Source: Octopus sinensis
Lineage: Eukaryota
Assembly: GCF_006345805.1 (NCBI RefSeq)
Contig: NW_021835271.1
Span: forward strand, 1-53,941
Length of the DNA stretch: 53,941 bases
Reading direction: 5' to 3'
Positions 51,748-53,941 of the stretch are shown in pieces (positions within the stretch are counted from its first letter, which is position 1; every line of letters begins with the position of its first letter). Both the position numbers and the translations under genes were made by a program. The notes under the pieces are model-generated. The model was given only the letters and a program-made list of their open reading frames with translations, was not told the DNA's origin and searched no databases.

Positions 51748-52699
51748 GGTATACAGATGTCTTGAATCCATACTTGGTGCGTGGTATTAATACGTCTAGG
51801 AATGCCAGCAGATTGTCTTTTTCCTTTTCCATTGTGAACTGTATGGATAGCTTTATTGAGTTCACATGATCTAACAGCACTTGGACATTTTCCTGGTGGG
51901 GCCAGAGTAGCCATATTGTTGGTTTTAGTGGTGTTGATCCTAAAGCCAAATTCTCAAAGTATTCCATGTATATATTGGCTATTACCGGTGATAATGGCGA
52001 ACCTGTCCTAACCCTCCTCTTGTCAATATATATCAATGTCCATACTGAAGTAGGTAGTTTCTACACAGGTCAACATTTCCATCAAGTTTTTTATTGGTAT
52101 ACTAGTGCGTTCGTTTAGATGGGTGTCTGTCACTAGTTTTTCTTGTATCACCGATAGTGCTTCACCATTTGGGACTTTGGTGAACAGGCTTATCACATCT
52201 AGACTCACCCTCTGGTTGGATTCAATGGGAGTATCCTTGATCAATTCTGTGAAGTGGGTGGAATTCTTCACGTACGATGTTGACTGTCCTGCTAATGGAC
52301 GGATTATATCCACAAGGAAGCGGCTCAGTGGATTACATGCTGAACCTCTACAGCTCACTATAGGTCTTAACGGAATACCATCCTTGTGAATCTTAGGGAG
52401 ACCGTACATGTGTGGTTGTTGATTGTAGTGTTGAGTCAGTTGTCTGTACTTCATTGGTGTAAAGTGATCCTTGTTCTTGATCAAGATCTGTGACAACTTC
52501 CTCTCTGTTTTCAAAGTTGGGTCTTTCTTTTCTTTGCTGTAGCTTCCATCACTTATAACACTTGCCAACTTTTCAGAGTAGGCAGACTTGTTCATCAGCA
52601 CTGTAGCATTTTCTTTGTCTGCTGGAAGTATTATGTAACTGTTAATTGCGTAAAATTTTCTCAGTGTGGTGGCGGCGTTGGTGAAATAAACCAATTAAT

Positions 52700-53100
52700 A
52701 ATCCTTTCTACTTTAGGCACAAGGCCTGACATTTGGCGGGAGGGGATAAGTCGATTACATCTACCCCAGTGCGTGACTCGTACTTATTTACATCGACCTC
52801 GAAAGGATGAAAAACAAAGCCGACCTCAGCAGAATTTGAACTTAGAACGTGAAGACGGACGAAATACCTATTTCTTTATTACCCACAAGGGGCTAAACAT
52901 AGAGGGGACAAACTAAGACAGACATAGGTATTAAGTCGATTACATCGACCCCAGTGCGTAACTGGTACTTATTTAATCGACCCCGAAAGGATGAAAGGCA
53001 AAGTCGACCTCGGCGGAATTTGAACTCACAACATAACGGCAGACGAAATACCGCTAAGCATTTCGCCCGGTGTGCTAACGTTTATGCCAGCTCGCCGCTT
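52700..53100 (-). mobile_element. SINE family A, dimeric
   Basis: Two cores joined at gaaatacctatttctttattacccacaagggg. Confidence 0.85.
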
Positions 53101-53297
53101 CAGCAGTCCTTCGGTTTCGAGGAATAGTATTTCAATTGGAATCAACGGAGCACCCCAAATTCGTACGTACTAGGGAAAATTTAGCGTGACACAAAACATG
53201 ATAAGGCTGGCACTTTTCAAATACAGGTACAACACGTTTTTGCCAGGTGAATGGACTGGAGCAACGTGATACATAGAGTATGTAAACTGAATATTAA

Positions 53298-53780
53298 CAG
53301 GCGCAGGCGTGGCTATGTGGTAAGAAGTTTGTTCTCAACCACATAGTGTCGGGTTCAGTCCCATTGCGTGGAACCTTGGGGAGGTGCCTTCTATTATAGC
53401 CTCGGCCTTGTGAGTAGATTTGGTAGAAGGAAACTGAAAGAAACCCGTCAAATATATATATATATTTATTTAAGCGTGTCTGTCTGTGTTTGTCCTACCA
53501 GCCACCGCTTGACAACCGATGCTGGTGTGTCTAACTGAAACAATAAAAGAAAAATAACTGCTATACTTGATGTGTGTGTGTGTGTGATTGTATGTTTATC
53601 ACCCACCCCCGCTGCTTGACATCCGGTGTTGGTGTGTTTACGTACCCATAACTCAGCAGTTCGGCAAAACGGAATGATACAATAAGCATCGGATTTAATA
53701 AACTGGGTTCAATTCCTTCGACTAAAATCCTTCAAGGTGGTGCCCCAGCATGGTCGCAGTCTAATGACTGAAGCAAGCAA
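53298..53780 (+). mobile_element. SINE family B
   Basis: Head ggcgcaggcgtggctatgtggtaagaag and tail ccccagcatggtcgcagtctaatgactgaa. Confidence 0.8.
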
Positions 53781-53941
53781 ATGATAATAGTCGCGTCTTC
53801 CAAAGCATGGTATTTAGAGAGGTTTGTCTGCTTCGCAATGCAGTCTAGAGAAGTACGGTGGTGGTGGTGGTGGTGGTGGTGGTGGTGGTGGTAGTGCTGC
53901 TGCTGCTGCCGGTTGGGTTCAGTGGTGATGCTGATGGTGGT

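Larger units (their letters stand above)
50340..52694 (-). mobile_element. Penelope/Poseidon-type PLE, 5'-truncated and decayed, with putative 3' terminal repeat
   Basis: RT motifs PADK, MYGLPKIHK..PLRPIVS, LDVISLFTKVP, GSPLSPVIANIYME and FLDV; the YVDD motif is deleted. GIY-YIG region LPYVKCLSEKI, CGRLYKGET..R..EH and KLKEAVH. Hammerhead-bearing region at 50340-50759. Confidence 0.9.

Overview
AT-rich, microsatellite- and SINE-dense eukaryotic DNA. The SINE families and composition suggest a coleoid cephalopod, probably Octopus (inference). No host gene could be supported, and almost all ORFs in the track are microsatellite read-throughs. The window is mostly mobile-element remains: an I-group LINE 3' end with RNase H, two maT/DD37D transposon relics, three R4/Dong-type RLE retrotransposon relics, two or three Penelope-like element (PLE) relics, an RTE 3' end, an internally deleted hAT with TIRs and a perfect 8-bp TSD, three MITEs, a non-autonomous Helitron, six copies of a ~558-bp TAA-embedded element and many tRNA-derived SINEs. 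The strongest signal is at 24301-25910: a non-coding head-to-tail array of 2.65 near-identical 607/608-bp units between (TA)n tracts. Each unit carries a consensus-perfect type I hammerhead ribozyme with a long stem II, consistent with an unusually large retrozyme-like circular-RNA retroelement. Several further hammerhead motifs lie near PLE relics, one in a terminal region headed by a tRNA-Ser-like Pol III promoter. All alignments, folds and family assignments were made by eye. SINE and relic boundaries are approximate.
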